A stretch of 64,000 nucleotides of DNA from Myxococcota bacterium (lineage in GTDB: Bacteria > Myxococcota_A > Polyangia > Nannocystales > Nannocystaceae), in the NCBI GenBank assembly GCA_039028615.1, contig JBCCHT010000006.1, forward strand, positions 160,001 through 224,000, in the 5' to 3' direction. How positions within the stretch are numbered: the first letter of the stretch is position 1; each line of letters starts with the position of its first letter. The translations under genes were made by a program, and so were the position numbers. The notes beneath the pieces were generated by a model that was given only the letters and a program-made list of their open reading frames with translations, did no database searches and was not told the origin of the DNA. Positions 1 to 12,021 of this stretch are shown here, one piece after another.

Positions 1-950
1 GACGACAAGGGGTAGCGCGAGGCGACCACGCTCTGGATCCCGGCTCGGTGCAGGCGCTGGGCCACGCTACCGATGCGATTGCCCGGCTCGCCCATGTTGC
101 CGCCGTCGCACGCCGACACCACGACCAGGCGCAGGTCGTGCGCATACGGGGCCAGCAGCTGCTGGAGTCGACCGGGATCGACCACCACCGGGCGCCCGTC
201 GTCGCCCTCGGCATCGAAGCTCAGGCCGAAGGTCGAGCCGGCCACCGCCCCGTGACACAGCAGATGCATCGCACGAAACGGCCGCCCCTCCGCGTCGGCG
301 GCATCGAGGCGATCGGCGATCGCCCCGTACGACGCGTTGCTCACCACGTCCACTTCGCCCTGCCCGGCCTTGTCCACCGCGGCTTCGATCGCCTTGGTCT
401 GCTCGGCCGCGGGCACGCCTCCTCCGGCCGCCGACCACACCACCAACAAGCGCCCCAGGCCTTCGGTGGCGCGAGCGCTGGCCTCGACGGTGGACGTGCC
501 CGGCCACGCGTAGCGCAGCAGCACGTGATCGAGCGCGCCGAGGTGCTGCCCGTCCGCGCGCAGCGTCAGCAACTCCCAGGGCAAAGCGTACAGCTCGGCC
601 GCCGCGGAGCGAATGGTCAGGTGCACGCGTCGCCGGGCGCTCCGCGCTTCGACGATCGCCGCTTCGTGTCCGCCCCACCCCGCCGGCTCGAGGAACTCGC
701 GGAGCAGGCTGCCGACCGAAGCCACCGTCGCCGGGTCACGGTCGGGATCGCGAATCTCGTCGAGGTCGCGCAGCAGCTCGCGATTCCACGGCATCTCGGC
801 CGTCTCGTACGCCCCCTGGCGACTGCGCACGAGGTACTTTTGGCGAGTGAAGCGGAAGGCGAACGCGTCCTCGGCTTCCTGGGCGCGGACGAACTCGAGT
901 TCGATGCAAACGGGCTCGTCCGACGAGGCAGTGGAGGTCGGTGCGTTCAT
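1..950 (-). CDS. CHAT-domain (caspase-like, clan CD) protein, 5' part only; runs off the window start
   Basis: Not in the ORF track because it has no stop in the window. Hand translation from ATG at 950 is open to position 1: MNAPTSTASSDEPVCIELEF...ELYALPWELLTL...RAMHLLCHG...LRLVVVSACDGG...GIQSVVASRYPLS. LPWELL, HxxCHG, VxSAC and VVAS are hallmark CHAT motifs. Confidence 0.85.
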   Translation of the reverse strand, partial: MNAPTSTASSDEPVCIELEFVRAQEAEDAFAFRFTRQKYLVRSRQGAYETAEMPWNRELLRDLDEIRDPDRDPATVASVGSLLREFLEPAGWGGHEAAIVEARSARRRVHLTIRSAAAELYALPWELLTLRADGQHLGALDHVLLRYAWPGTSTVEASARATEGLGRLLVVWSAAGGGVPAAEQTKAIEAAVDKAGQGEVDVVSNASYGAIADRLDAADAEGRPFRAMHLLCHGAVAGSTFGLSFDAEGDDGRPVVVDPGRLQQLLAPYAHDLRLVVVSACDGGNMGEPGNRIGSVAQRLHRAGIQSVVASRYPLS

Positions 951-1211
951 GCGCGTGGGAGGACATCCTATCACTGCACCTACATCGCGCCGATCGACCC
1001 ACCGAGGGCCGCTGGAGCCGGCGCCGATCGGGCGGCACCGCCCCGGAGCCGTTACGACGGCCGCAGACGCGAATTCGGGCGTTCCCTGACGCGGTTTTTG
1101 CCCTCGGATTTCACCGACGCTCACCACCGCGCCGACGGTCCAAACAGGCGGCGCTCACGAGATGCTCCCCGGCTCTTGTTCCCCCGAGGGCCTTGGTCCA
1201 ATGTCAATGTC

Positions 1212-2876
1212 ATGCGCTTGCGCCCCTTGATGACCTGCTCCGCCCTACTCCTTGGCGCTTGTTTCGATCCCCCCGACGCCCCCGCCGACAGCGAGACCGA
1301 AGCCGCGACCGGCACGGCGGGCGAGACCGACACCCCGTCGACCGCGACGGACCCCGTCGCCACCACCGACCCCGCCACCACGACGGACCCGGACACCACC
1401 GAGACCCCCGAGACGACGACGGCGGGCGACCTGCCTCCCACCATCGAGCTGATGGTGGGCGGCTCCGCGTCCCCGGGCCCCCTGACCAGCTCGGCCCTGG
1501 TCCCGCTGCAGGCCGACGTCACCGACGACGGCACGGTGACGTCCGTCGACTTCCACCAAGACGGCGTCCTGCTGGGCACCGACGACTCGGCCCCCTTCAC
1601 CTTCGAGGTGCTGATGACCAGCATCGACGCGGGCGACTACGAGTTCACCGCGACCGCGACCGACGATGCGTCTCAGCAGACCGAGAGCGACCCGGTGTCG
1701 CTCACCGTCGACATCGACGGAGGTGGCGTGGCCGCGGTGGCCAACGGCCTGTTCCAGTCCGGCGGCCTCATCTTCCAGCCCGGCGGAGGCCTCGTCGTCG
1801 ACAACGACGGCAACGTTATCGTCCAGTCCTCGCTGTCCACCGCCGACTTCGAGGTGACCGGCCTGGGCTCGCTGAGCCTCTCCCCTGATCTGTCGCGCAC
1901 CAACTGGCAGATCTCGGTGCCCACGTCGCTCGTGGAGGGCGAAAACCAATGGCTCATGATGGGGCAACCATGGCTGAGCCCCGATGGCTCCCAGGTGGTG
2001 ATGGGGGCCAACAACCTCGGCGTCGAAGGTGTCGTCGATCCCAACCTCGTGCTCACGCGCGTGGCCACCGACGGCAGCGGCGCGCTGCCCTTCTTCGAGC
2101 TCATGGCGGACCCGGAGGGCGAGTTCCTCAACGTGGGCGGTCTGGCCCAAGATCCCTCGGGCAACGTGATCATGCACGGGCCCGACGACGCGCTCACCAA
2201 GCTCGACCCCGCCACCGACACCATCGTCTGGCAGGCCCCCGTCGGCGCGGTCTGGGACCTCACCGATCTCGGCGGCATGCGACTGCGGACCGACTCGGAA
2301 GGCGACATCATCTTCGACCAGATGGACTGCGACTTCTCAGCGAGCATCTGTGATCTGCGGACCAGCAAGATCCGCGGCTTCGATGGCGTCGAGCAGTGGA
2401 ACGAGGCCATCCCCGCCGATCCGGACAACGTCTTCCTGCACGCAGGAGGCTCCGCTCCCGGCCCGGATGGTCAGGTCATCACCGCCCAGGGGCTCTCGAC
2501 CGCCATGGGCCAGGGCATCCGCATCGTGCTGCGCGACGACAGTGGCACGACCATCGAGGACTACACCCTCGAGGCCCGCGGGGGCTCGACCTTTGCGGTG
2601 GCCGACATCGCCTTCGACGCGCAGGGCTATGTCGTGCTCGTGGGCACCCGGTTCATCAATGGCGAGCAAGAGATGCGAGAGGCCTTTGCCATGCGCTTCG
2701 ACACCGAAGGCAATCAGGTGTGGCAGCGCTCGATCGGCTTCGGAATGATCGAAGACCAGGGCCTGGCTCTGGCTCTGGATACTCAGGGACACGTGCTCGT
2801 GCTCGGCATGAGCGACATCGACCTCGTGTTCTTCGCGTTCACGGGCGACCTGTGGGTCGCCCAGCTCGACCTGTAA
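1212..2876 (+). CDS. Lipoprotein with Thr-rich linker, bacterial Ig-like domain and beta-propeller-like C-terminus
   Basis: Start reassigned to ATG 1212 (MRLRPLMTCSALLLGAC, lipobox LGAC). Ig-like signature ADVTDDGTVTSVDFHQDGVLLGTDDSAPF...TATATDD. Repeated DxxGNV(I/V) blades. Confidence 0.8.
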   Translation: MRLRPLMTCSALLLGACFDPPDAPADSETEAATGTAGETDTPSTATDPVATTDPATTTDPDTTETPETTTAGDLPPTIELMVGGSASPGPLTSSALVPLQADVTDDGTVTSVDFHQDGVLLGTDDSAPFTFEVLMTSIDAGDYEFTATATDDASQQTESDPVSLTVDIDGGGVAAVANGLFQSGGLIFQPGGGLVVDNDGNVIVQSSLSTADFEVTGLGSLSLSPDLSRTNWQISVPTSLVEGENQWLMMGQPWLSPDGSQVVMGANNLGVEGVVDPNLVLTRVATDGSGALPFFELMADPEGEFLNVGGLAQDPSGNVIMHGPDDALTKLDPATDTIVWQAPVGAVWDLTDLGGMRLRTDSEGDIIFDQMDCDFSASICDLRTSKIRGFDGVEQWNEAIPADPDNVFLHAGGSAPGPDGQVITAQGLSTAMGQGIRIVLRDDSGTTIEDYTLEARGGSTFAVADIAFDAQGYVVLVGTRFINGEQEMREAFAMRFDTEGNQVWQRSIGFGMIEDQGLALALDTQGHVLVLGMSDIDLVFFAFTGDLWVAQLDL

Positions 2877-2882
2877 CGCGGC

Positions 2883-4598
2883 TCAGCCGAGGTCGAGACC
2901 CAGCGCGTCTCGGCCTGCGGCGGAGTAGCGATCGACGAGGTCCTGGAACTCTTTGCGGCCCAGGTTCAGGTCGCACTCGCGCAGGATCTTGTTGGCCCCC
3001 ATCTCGCCCGCCAGGTACAGGCCAATCGCTCGCTCGAGCGACTCGGCATCGACATCCGGGGCGAGAACCACGGGAGCGACCTGCGGCACGGCGCCGGGGG
3101 TCACGGATGATGGCGACACCGCGGGCGAGGGCGACAGCCCCAGCGCGGCGTAAGGATCGAGCGCCGCTTCGGCCCGCTGCACGACCGGCTGAATGGGCAA
3201 TCGAGCCGCCGGATCACCGAGCAGCACGTACCCCGCCAAGTCGTTGCGCAGCATCCACAGGTGGCCGCGCCGCTCGGCATCGTCGACGTGGCTCTCGATG
3301 AGCGCGGTGAGCTCGGTGTTGGTCTGGCCGTAGTGTCGCAGCAGCTCGCGGAAGGCCACGCCCACCCGGTCGTGCCGCAACAGCCCCGACAGCACGTCGA
3401 CGAAGCGATCGGGGCGATTGACGGGCTTGCTCGTGTCGAGCTCGCGGAAGCTGTAGGTCCACGCCAAGTCGACGTGACCGATGAACGCCAAGGGCCCGTC
3501 GGGGCTGGCCAGCACCGCCTTGGGCACGGCCGCGGTGAAGGGCCGACCGTCGACGGGAAGGCTGGCGGGCACCGCCTCGAGCGAGCCCTGGAAGTGCCCC
3601 GCCGACTGGAGGTTGCGCAGCCACGGCTCGTACTTGCTGGTGCCCGGCGTGCCCGCCCCGAAGCAGGCCATCATGAACCATAGCCCGCCGGGCATGAATG
3701 CTTGGCCGTCGAGGGCTTCGCCCGTGAGCAGCCCGCCCGAGCGACCGAAGCTCATGCCGCCCTGGAACAGGCGCTGTTTTTCCGCCGAGCCCCAGCCTCC
3801 GCGAGGGGCCCCCGCGCCGTGGCTGATGGTGAACAAGAGGCCCGGCTCGGCCTTGATCGCCTCTTCCAGCAGCGGCCCCGGCTTGGGCGTGTAGCCGTGG
3901 TCGACCTCGATGAGCTCGGAGGCGAGAAAGTCTCCCTCCCCGTGGTAGCGCCGGGCGAGGGTGAGGCCGGGCTGCATCAAGCTGCGATGCCCGACGGTGG
4001 TGGCCGAGGTCCGATCGCGCACGGTGTGGAACACGGCGCGCGCCTGCGGAATGGTGGCGGGAGAGTCCTCCCAGCGCAGGACCTTGTCGGCGTAGGTCTC
4101 GTAGTCGCGGGGCTCGGCGAACGCCAGCCGCCCCACGTAGCCATCGGAGCCCAAGATGACCTGGAGCTCGGCCGAGACCTGATCGAGATCGCCCAGGATG
4201 AGCAGGTAGCGGGGGATGTCGCGACGCCGCACGTGCGGCCCCTCGAACTCCTGCTTGCGCCAGCGCGAAGCCTCGGCCGCGGACTGCTTGGGCGGCACCC
4301 GATAGATCTTCACCTCGTGGCCGCCCTGCTGCTCGCGTCGCCGGGCGATCAGTCGCTCGATGCGACCGAGCAGCTCGTCGCCGCTTTCGCCCTCGGGCGC
4401 GATGACCCCCCAGCGCTGGCTGGCCAGATCATTGGCGTCGCGCGACTCGTCCCACAGGTGCTCGGGGTCCTCGTAGCCCGAACCGCCGCCCTCGCCCTCG
4501 CCCGCGCCCTCGGAGGAGACCGGGGTTTCCAGTACGGGCTCGAGCTCGTCGGCATGCACCAGCAGCAGCTCGGTATCGTCGACGGTCGGCTTTGCCAC
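2883..4598 (-). CDS. Peptidase C25 (gingipain)-like clan CD cysteine peptidase, no signal peptide, possible C-terminal HTH
   Basis: Motifs YLLILGD, VGRL, FTISHG (His), MACFGAG (Cys), AFIGH and YVLLGDP occur in C25-like order. GTG start. Confidence 0.7.
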   Translation of the reverse strand: MAKPTVDDTELLLVHADELEPVLETPVSSEGAGEGEGGGSGYEDPEHLWDESRDANDLASQRWGVIAPEGESGDELLGRIERLIARRREQQGGHEVKIYRVPPKQSAAEASRWRKQEFEGPHVRRRDIPRYLLILGDLDQVSAELQVILGSDGYVGRLAFAEPRDYETYADKVLRWEDSPATIPQARAVFHTVRDRTSATTVGHRSLMQPGLTLARRYHGEGDFLASELIEVDHGYTPKPGPLLEEAIKAEPGLLFTISHGAGAPRGGWGSAEKQRLFQGGMSFGRSGGLLTGEALDGQAFMPGGLWFMMACFGAGTPGTSKYEPWLRNLQSAGHFQGSLEAVPASLPVDGRPFTAAVPKAVLASPDGPLAFIGHVDLAWTYSFRELDTSKPVNRPDRFVDVLSGLLRHDRVGVAFRELLRHYGQTNTELTALIESHVDDAERRGHLWMLRNDLAGYVLLGDPAARLPIQPVVQRAEAALDPYAALGLSPSPAVSPSSVTPGAVPQVAPVVLAPDVDAESLERAIGLYLAGEMGANKILRECDLNLGRKEFQDLVDRYSAAGRDALGLDLG

Positions 4599-4667
4599 AG
4601 AGGATCCTCGGGCTTCATTCTACCCGAGGATCCTCGAAGCGAAAGCGGCGAAACTCGCAGCGCCTCG

Positions 4668-7598
4668 TCAGCGGCGTCGATGGAGCCAACCGAGGACCAG
4701 CAGCGAGAACCAGCCGACGCCCAGGGGTCCGCCGCCCGAACCCGAGGTGCAGCCGCAACCCCCGACGCCTCCGTCCGCCGACGCGGGGCCCTCGCCCGTG
4801 CTGCCGCCCGTGCCCGAACCATCGCCCGCGTCACCGCCCGAGGTCAGGGGCCCGGCCGTCTCGTCGGCGGCTCCTTCTTCGCCGCCGCCCTCGGACGTGT
4901 CGCCGCCTTCTTCTCCCGTGCCGCCCGGCGGAGGCTCGGACTCGCTCGTGCACTCGGCATCGCAACCGTCGCCGTCCTCGGTATTGCCGTCGTCACACTC
5001 TTCGCCGTCGGAGACGATGCCGTCGCCACACGCCGGCTCGGCCACCTGCACCACGCACAGCGCATCCACCGTCCAGCCGCCGAAGTGCAGGCCCGCGTCG
5101 CTGTCGAGTTCGAAGGCCAGCTGGATCTGGTCGTCGACGATGAAGTCTTGCAGCGGAAGGTCGTGGAACCGCCACTCGGCATCCAGGTGGTGCGTGGTGT
5201 GGCTCTCGGTCTCGAGGTTCTGCCACAGCTCCTGGCCGTTGGCGTACAGGGTGGCCTGGTCGAAGAACGCGTCCTCCACCGTGAGCCAGCGGCGATAGTG
5301 AAGCCGCACGTCGTCGAAGCCGGCCACGTCGATCGTCGGGCCGATGGCGCGGGTATTCGAGTCGGGCGCGTAGAGTCCGTCTTGAGACAGCAGCACCCCG
5401 TCGTCGTCGTAGGGCTCGGTGGGGTCGACTCCCCCGCCCATGAGCGGACCGAAGTCCCAGCTGCCGCTCGGGTCTTCGAAGGTCCACTCGCTCTGGTCGG
5501 CTTCCGCATCCAGGCAGTAGATGGGCAGCGCCACCCCGAAGAAGGTCTGGTACCAGGGGTCGGCAGGATTGGAGGGCAGCAAGCTCTGGAAGCCGTTCGT
5601 GTAGCCGAACGAGACCTGATACTCGACCACGACCCCCGCCTCCTGCGAGGGGATGAGCGCCACCCAGGTGCCGGCCATGTCGGTCATCGGCGCGGCGTTG
5701 ATCTCCTCGGACCCGCGCTGCCGCCAGCTCAGCTCGGCGGTGTCGATGCCCACCGGGCAGCCGGGGAACGAAATCGCCTCGAGGTTCAGCCGAACTTCGC
5801 GACCGCCATCGACGGGCACGAGCTCGACCGTCGACCCTCCGAGCTGCCCCGGGTCGAGCAAGCCGTGCGCCTCGAAGGCGGCATTGATCTCGCAGCCGTT
5901 GGGCGTGCCATTGAGCAAGTTGCCGTCGTCGTCGTCGTAGATCAGCGTCTCGGCGTACATCGAGGGGATGTCCACCGCGCGCCGCGTCGCCTCGTAGTAG
6001 ATGTGATCGACATGATCACGCCCCGCCTCGTCGCCCATGATGGCCATGAGTGAGGTCCGCAGGTCCCACAGCGTGCCGCCGATGATGCGCCCCGTCTCGT
6101 GCACCGTGCCGATGTCTTCGGGCCAGTGCCACTCATAGTCGGGCGGATCGAGCTCGCGCAGGGCATCGTCGTTGTAGAAGAAGCCGCGCCCCATGCCCGA
6201 GTCCTCGACGATGGTCGCCGCGAGGTAGTCGCTGACGCCCTCGGAGAGCGGGGAGTTGAAGGTCCCCACCCCGGGGATGAGCGACTGGTGATGCACCGAG
6301 TGCCCCGCCTCGTGATAGACGACGTCGGCGAGTCGGGCCGTGTTCTGGCAATCGCCGCTGGCCCGCAAGAAGTACAGCGAGTCGCCGTCGGAGGCGGCGT
6401 TGCAGCTGCCCTCGAGGTTGACCGACACGTCCATCGAGTCGTCGAGCCACCCGAAGGTGGGGTCGATGCCCCGGACGTACTCCTTGGCGATGTTGGCGTG
6501 GATATAGGCGGTCAGCTGAGCGTCCGCGAACTCACCGTTGCCCGCTTCGCTCCACACCACCGTCTCGCCGTCGGCGATGGGGAAGCTCGCCGTGACCTCC
6601 GCGCCCGGACCATTGTCGACATCGACGAAGCTGCCCTGGACGCTGGTCCCGAGGGTCGTGGGATCGGCGGAGAGGGTGAACTCGCCCGCCCCATTGGTGA
6701 CCGTCGGGTTGCCGCCCTCGGTCACGAACAAGTCGGGCGCCACCGCGTTGTAGCGCGGCACGCCCGGATAGCGGGTGGGGACATCGAACTGCACCGTGCC
6801 CGCGGTGCTCATCCGCTGCTGCCGAGCGACGGGCTCGCCCGTGTGCGCGTCGAGATAGACCGTCCAGGAACCGAGCGGCTGCGTCGCGTCGACGACGACG
6901 GTGACGACCTCGTGATAGCGAAAGCGGACGCCATCCCAGACCGGCAGGACGACACGATCGCCGGGGGTCGAGTCGAGCGTGGCCGGAGCGAAGTCGTCAT
7001 CGATCCACGCACGGGCCCGAGTCACGGCCTCTTCGGTGGAGATGACCGGGCCGGTCGCGGGGGCCAGCTCGACGCGCGGCAACGCCTGCGAGGCCGCGTA
7101 CACCAGCGAGTCCGCCTTGAAGCGCAGGCTGAGCTGTCCGCCCAGCACGACGATTCCGTCGTGCCGCTGGACGAACCCGACGCTGCGGATCCCCGCCGAC
7201 ACCGTGTTGCTCACCAGCTCGAAGTCGTCGGCGTCGCTCCCCGGGGCCAACACGTCGACATGCCGAGCGAGCCAGTCGCGTGCCCAGGTCTCGGCCACCG
7301 CGGCCGACTCCATCACACCCGGCGTCGGCAGCCCCGCCGTGATGATCCCGCCGGGCGCCTCCCGGGCGCGATCCCATGCGATCCACGCCCCGGGGACCTC
7401 GTGACGCAGCGACACCAATCGACGCTCGGCCGGCCCCGGCTGTGCTTGGACCGAGCCCCAGACCACGCCGGGCGCAGGCGCCATCACGGCACCGCTGGCC
7501 AGCTCGAGCCCCTGCACCGTCAGCGGGTCGCGTGCTGCCGCCGCAGACGAGCTGGACAGCCCGGCCCACGACAATGCGACCAGCGTCGCCCACGACAT
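4668..7598 (-). CDS. Secreted M4/M36-type zinc metallopeptidase with Cys-rich repeat and MYXO-CTERM-type tail
   Basis: VVYHEAGH (HExxH) and downstream SEGVSDY. N-terminal FTP/PepSY-like propeptide. CGDGIVSDGEECDDGNTEDGDGC repeat. C-terminal GCGC...LLVLGWLHRRR. GAAGAGGGG precedes ATG 7598; start uncertain. Confidence 0.8.
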   Translation of the reverse strand: MSWATLVALSWAGLSSSSAAAARDPLTVQGLELASGAVMAPAPGVVWGSVQAQPGPAERRLVSLRHEVPGAWIAWDRAREAPGGIITAGLPTPGVMESAAVAETWARDWLARHVDVLAPGSDADDFELVSNTVSAGIRSVGFVQRHDGIVVLGGQLSLRFKADSLVYAASQALPRVELAPATGPVISTEEAVTRARAWIDDDFAPATLDSTPGDRVVLPVWDGVRFRYHEVVTVVVDATQPLGSWTVYLDAHTGEPVARQQRMSTAGTVQFDVPTRYPGVPRYNAVAPDLFVTEGGNPTVTNGAGEFTLSADPTTLGTSVQGSFVDVDNGPGAEVTASFPIADGETVVWSEAGNGEFADAQLTAYIHANIAKEYVRGIDPTFGWLDDSMDVSVNLEGSCNAASDGDSLYFLRASGDCQNTARLADVVYHEAGHSVHHQSLIPGVGTFNSPLSEGVSDYLAATIVEDSGMGRGFFYNDDALRELDPPDYEWHWPEDIGTVHETGRIIGGTLWDLRTSLMAIMGDEAGRDHVDHIYYEATRRAVDIPSMYAETLIYDDDDGNLLNGTPNGCEINAAFEAHGLLDPGQLGGSTVELVPVDGGREVRLNLEAISFPGCPVGIDTAELSWRQRGSEEINAAPMTDMAGTWVALIPSQEAGVVVEYQVSFGYTNGFQSLLPSNPADPWYQTFFGVALPIYCLDAEADQSEWTFEDPSGSWDFGPLMGGGVDPTEPYDDDGVLLSQDGLYAPDSNTRAIGPTIDVAGFDDVRLHYRRWLTVEDAFFDQATLYANGQELWQNLETESHTTHHLDAEWRFHDLPLQDFIVDDQIQLAFELDSDAGLHFGGWTVDALCVVQVAEPACGDGIVSDGEECDDGNTEDGDGCDAECTSESEPPPGGTGEEGGDTSEGGGEEGAADETAGPLTSGGDAGDGSGTGGSTGEGPASADGGVGGCGCTSGSGGGPLGVGWFSLLVLGWLHRRR

Positions 7599-7775
7599 GA
7601 CCCCTCTTCGTCGATCGATCCCCACGACTGTCGTGTACGCGATGACCCGGCCCGAGCCCATGAGTTCTCCCACCACGGGAGCATTGGCGCGGGATCGGTA
7701 GGGGTAAGTACGACCTCGATCGGCGACCGCGGCGATCGACGACGAGCGCGCCGGGGATCGAGCCTGTGACCACGC

Positions 7776-8663
7776 CTAGAAGCGCCAGCGCAAGCCGAGC
7801 GACGCCTCGCGCTTCGAAACGCCGACCGACACCGTCACGTCTTTGGGCTCTCGCTTCTTGTCGCGGGCCAGCAGCACGCCGCCGACCACCCCGAGCCCCA
7901 CGCCGACGCCGACCAGCGCCGCGCCGACGCCATAGTCGATGTTGCGCACGCGCTCGGCCCTCGAGACCTCGGTGGCGTACTCGGGAATGTTCGGGTCCCA
8001 GCCGGCCGCGACCAGCTGTTCTTCGTACCAGGGAACCTGGCGAGCGCCCGCGACGAACAAGCCCACACCACCCAAGATCGAGGCACCGCCCGCGACCATT
8101 AGGCCGATCGCCAGCGGGCGTCGGGACTTGGCGGGCTCCGGCTCGGGTTCGGGCTCAGGCTCGGGTTCGGGTTCGGGCTCAGGCTCGGGTTCCGCCTCGG
8201 GCTCAGGCTCGGGCGCGGGCATCAGGGTCTCGATGGCCTCGAGCCTCACCAGCGCCGTGTCGGGCGCAGGCGTCGAGCTGGAGTTGGCGACCTCGAGGTC
8301 GGCGAGGAACATCCGCAGCACGGTCTGCCCGCGGACCAACGAGGCTTTGTCGCCCCGAGCCCGGAAGTCCTCGACCGCGGCCTGCCCCGCCTCGAGGGCC
8401 ACGAACTCCCCGACGGTGGACACCCGCAGGTCGGTGGGCATGGCCTCGTAGGCCGCCGCGTAGGACTCGAGCGCCTCGGCGTGCCGGCCCGCCACCGCGT
8501 GCTCGTCGGCCTCGGCGATGAGCTGCTCGAAGTCACCGCTCGGGGCCGCCTGCACGACCGGAGGGGCTCCCACCAGCGCAAACGCCAGCGCGAGGCTCGT
8601 CACCAGCCTCCCAGGGGCGTTGTGTCGTCGTTCGAGCATCGGCAGCCGCTTCGCTCGCATCAT
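7776..8663 (-). CDS. Exported protein: TPR-like helical N-domain, (PE)n linker, C-terminal hydrophobic hairpin
   Basis: Signal-like LALAFALVGAPPVVQA, ADEHAVAGRHAEALESYAAAY, PEPEPE tract, two Gly-rich hydrophobic segments, terminal SLGLRWRF. Start uncertain. Confidence 0.65.
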   Translation of the reverse strand: MMRAKRLPMLERRHNAPGRLVTSLALAFALVGAPPVVQAAPSGDFEQLIAEADEHAVAGRHAEALESYAAAYEAMPTDLRVSTVGEFVALEAGQAAVEDFRARGDKASLVRGQTVLRMFLADLEVANSSSTPAPDTALVRLEAIETLMPAPEPEPEAEPEPEPEPEPEPEPEPEPEPAKSRRPLAIGLMVAGGASILGGVGLFVAGARQVPWYEEQLVAAGWDPNIPEYATEVSRAERVRNIDYGVGAALVGVGVGLGVVGGVLLARDKKREPKDVTVSVGVSKREASLGLRWRF

Positions 8664-8761
8664 CCCGCACGCAGGGACAGCGTCAACCCAAAAGCCCCCG
8701 TTGCGTTCGAATGTTGTGTAGGCGGGACGATCTGCCCGACAATCGAGCGCGCGGCCGCACC

Positions 8762-10744
<1,983 letters not shown>

Positions 10745-10796
10745 AGGGCGAGGAGGCAGTGAGCCTCCCCGCCCTCGCGTCGAGCACCCGACCGGA

Positions 10797-11747
10797 CTAG
10801 CCGGCGTTCATGCGTGCACTGGCGGCAGCGAATCCTTCGTCGTGCGGCGTGCTCACCTGCTGCGCGGTGATCATCGCGTCGCGCAGCTGCGCCCCGAGGT
10901 CCTTCATGGCCCCCGGCGAGTGCGGGATGAGGATGGTGTTGGTGGCCGACGAGGCGCCGACGTCCTTGAGGGTGTCGAAGTACTGGGTCATCAGCACCAA
11001 GTTCATGACGTCCTGCGGCGACGCGCCGGGGATGCTGCGCTGGAACTCGTCGACCGACTCGCGCAGGCCGTCGACGATGGCCTTGCGCTGCTCGGCGATG
11101 CCGCGACCGGCCAGGGCCTTGCTGTCGGCGTCGGCCTCGGCGGCCTTCACCCGGATGATCTTGTCGGCCTCGCCCTTCTCGGCGGCGGCCAAGCGCATGC
11201 GCTGCGCCGCGTTGATCTCGTTCATGGCGGCTTTGACCTTGGCGTCGGGCTCGATGTCGGTGACCAGCGCCTTGACGATGCCGTAGCCGAAGTCGCCCAT
11301 GACCAGGGCCAGCTCGTTCTTGACCGCGTCGGCGATCTCGTCCTTCTTGCTGAACACGTCGTCGATCTCGATGGAGGGCACCCGGGCCCGGACCACGTCG
11401 AACACGAAGCTGCGGATCTGCGTGGCGGCGTCATCTAGGCGGTAGAAGGCCTGGTAGACCGCCTCCGGGATGATGAAGTACTGCACGGAGACGACCACGT
11501 GGACGAATACGTCGTCCTTGGTCTTGGTCTCGACCTCGACGTCGAGCTGCTGCACCCGAAGGTTGGTGCGCCCGGCCACGCGCTCGATGAACGGAATCTT
11601 GATGTTCAAGCCCGGCTGCGCCACTCGAACGAAACGACCGAAGCGCTCGATCAGGCCCAAGGTCTGCTGACCAACGACGAAGACGCTCGATGCCAGCAAG
11701 ACGAGCGCCAGAAACGACGCCACGCCAATCGCGATGTAGATGTCCAC
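10797..11747 (-). CDS. SPFH/band 7 domain membrane protein
   Basis: N-terminal TM, IERFGRF...PGLNIKIPFIE, ETKTKDDVFV, AMNEINAAQR, LMTQYFDTL. Start reassigned to GTG 11747. Confidence 0.9.
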   Translation of the reverse strand: MDIYIAIGVASFLALVLLASSVFVVGQQTLGLIERFGRFVRVAQPGLNIKIPFIERVAGRTNLRVQQLDVEVETKTKDDVFVHVVVSVQYFIIPEAVYQAFYRLDDAATQIRSFVFDVVRARVPSIEIDDVFSKKDEIADAVKNELALVMGDFGYGIVKALVTDIEPDAKVKAAMNEINAAQRMRLAAAEKGEADKIIRVKAAEADADSKALAGRGIAEQRKAIVDGLRESVDEFQRSIPGASPQDVMNLVLMTQYFDTLKDVGASSATNTILIPHSPGAMKDLGAQLRDAMITAQQVSTPHDEGFAAASARMNAG

Positions 11748-12021
11748 GCGGGGGCAACCGCGGGCGCGACGAGGTATTTCGACGATCGGACTCCGATCTG
11801 CACCTCGACGCCCACGGGTGCCCGGGCGTGTTCTCCGCCCGACGGGACGCTCGCGATCGACCAAGGGTCAGCAGCCATGTGACATCGTTTCTCGGCCACT
11901 GGCGCACCCGCGACGAAAAATCGACCGGTGGCATTTCTTTTTGGCGATGGAATCTCGGTTGGGGGGACAATCTGGGGGTGAGGTGCGGGCTAGGCCTGCT
12001 CGCGCCGGAGGGCGTATTCGA

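Noticed and set aside
48..1211. N-terminal ~390 aa of the 942-aa ORF 48..2876
   Set aside because: Shadow of the minus-strand CHAT gene. The real lipoprotein starts at 1212.
8135..8215. GGCTCG/GGTTCG hexamer run as a regulatory or phase-variable repeat
   Set aside because: It encodes an in-frame (PE)n linker with synonymous variation.
11925..11950. Sigma-54 promoter upstream of the DUF1592 gene (TGGCATTTCTTTTTGGC)
   Set aside because: GG-to-GC spacing is 12 nt, not the required 10.
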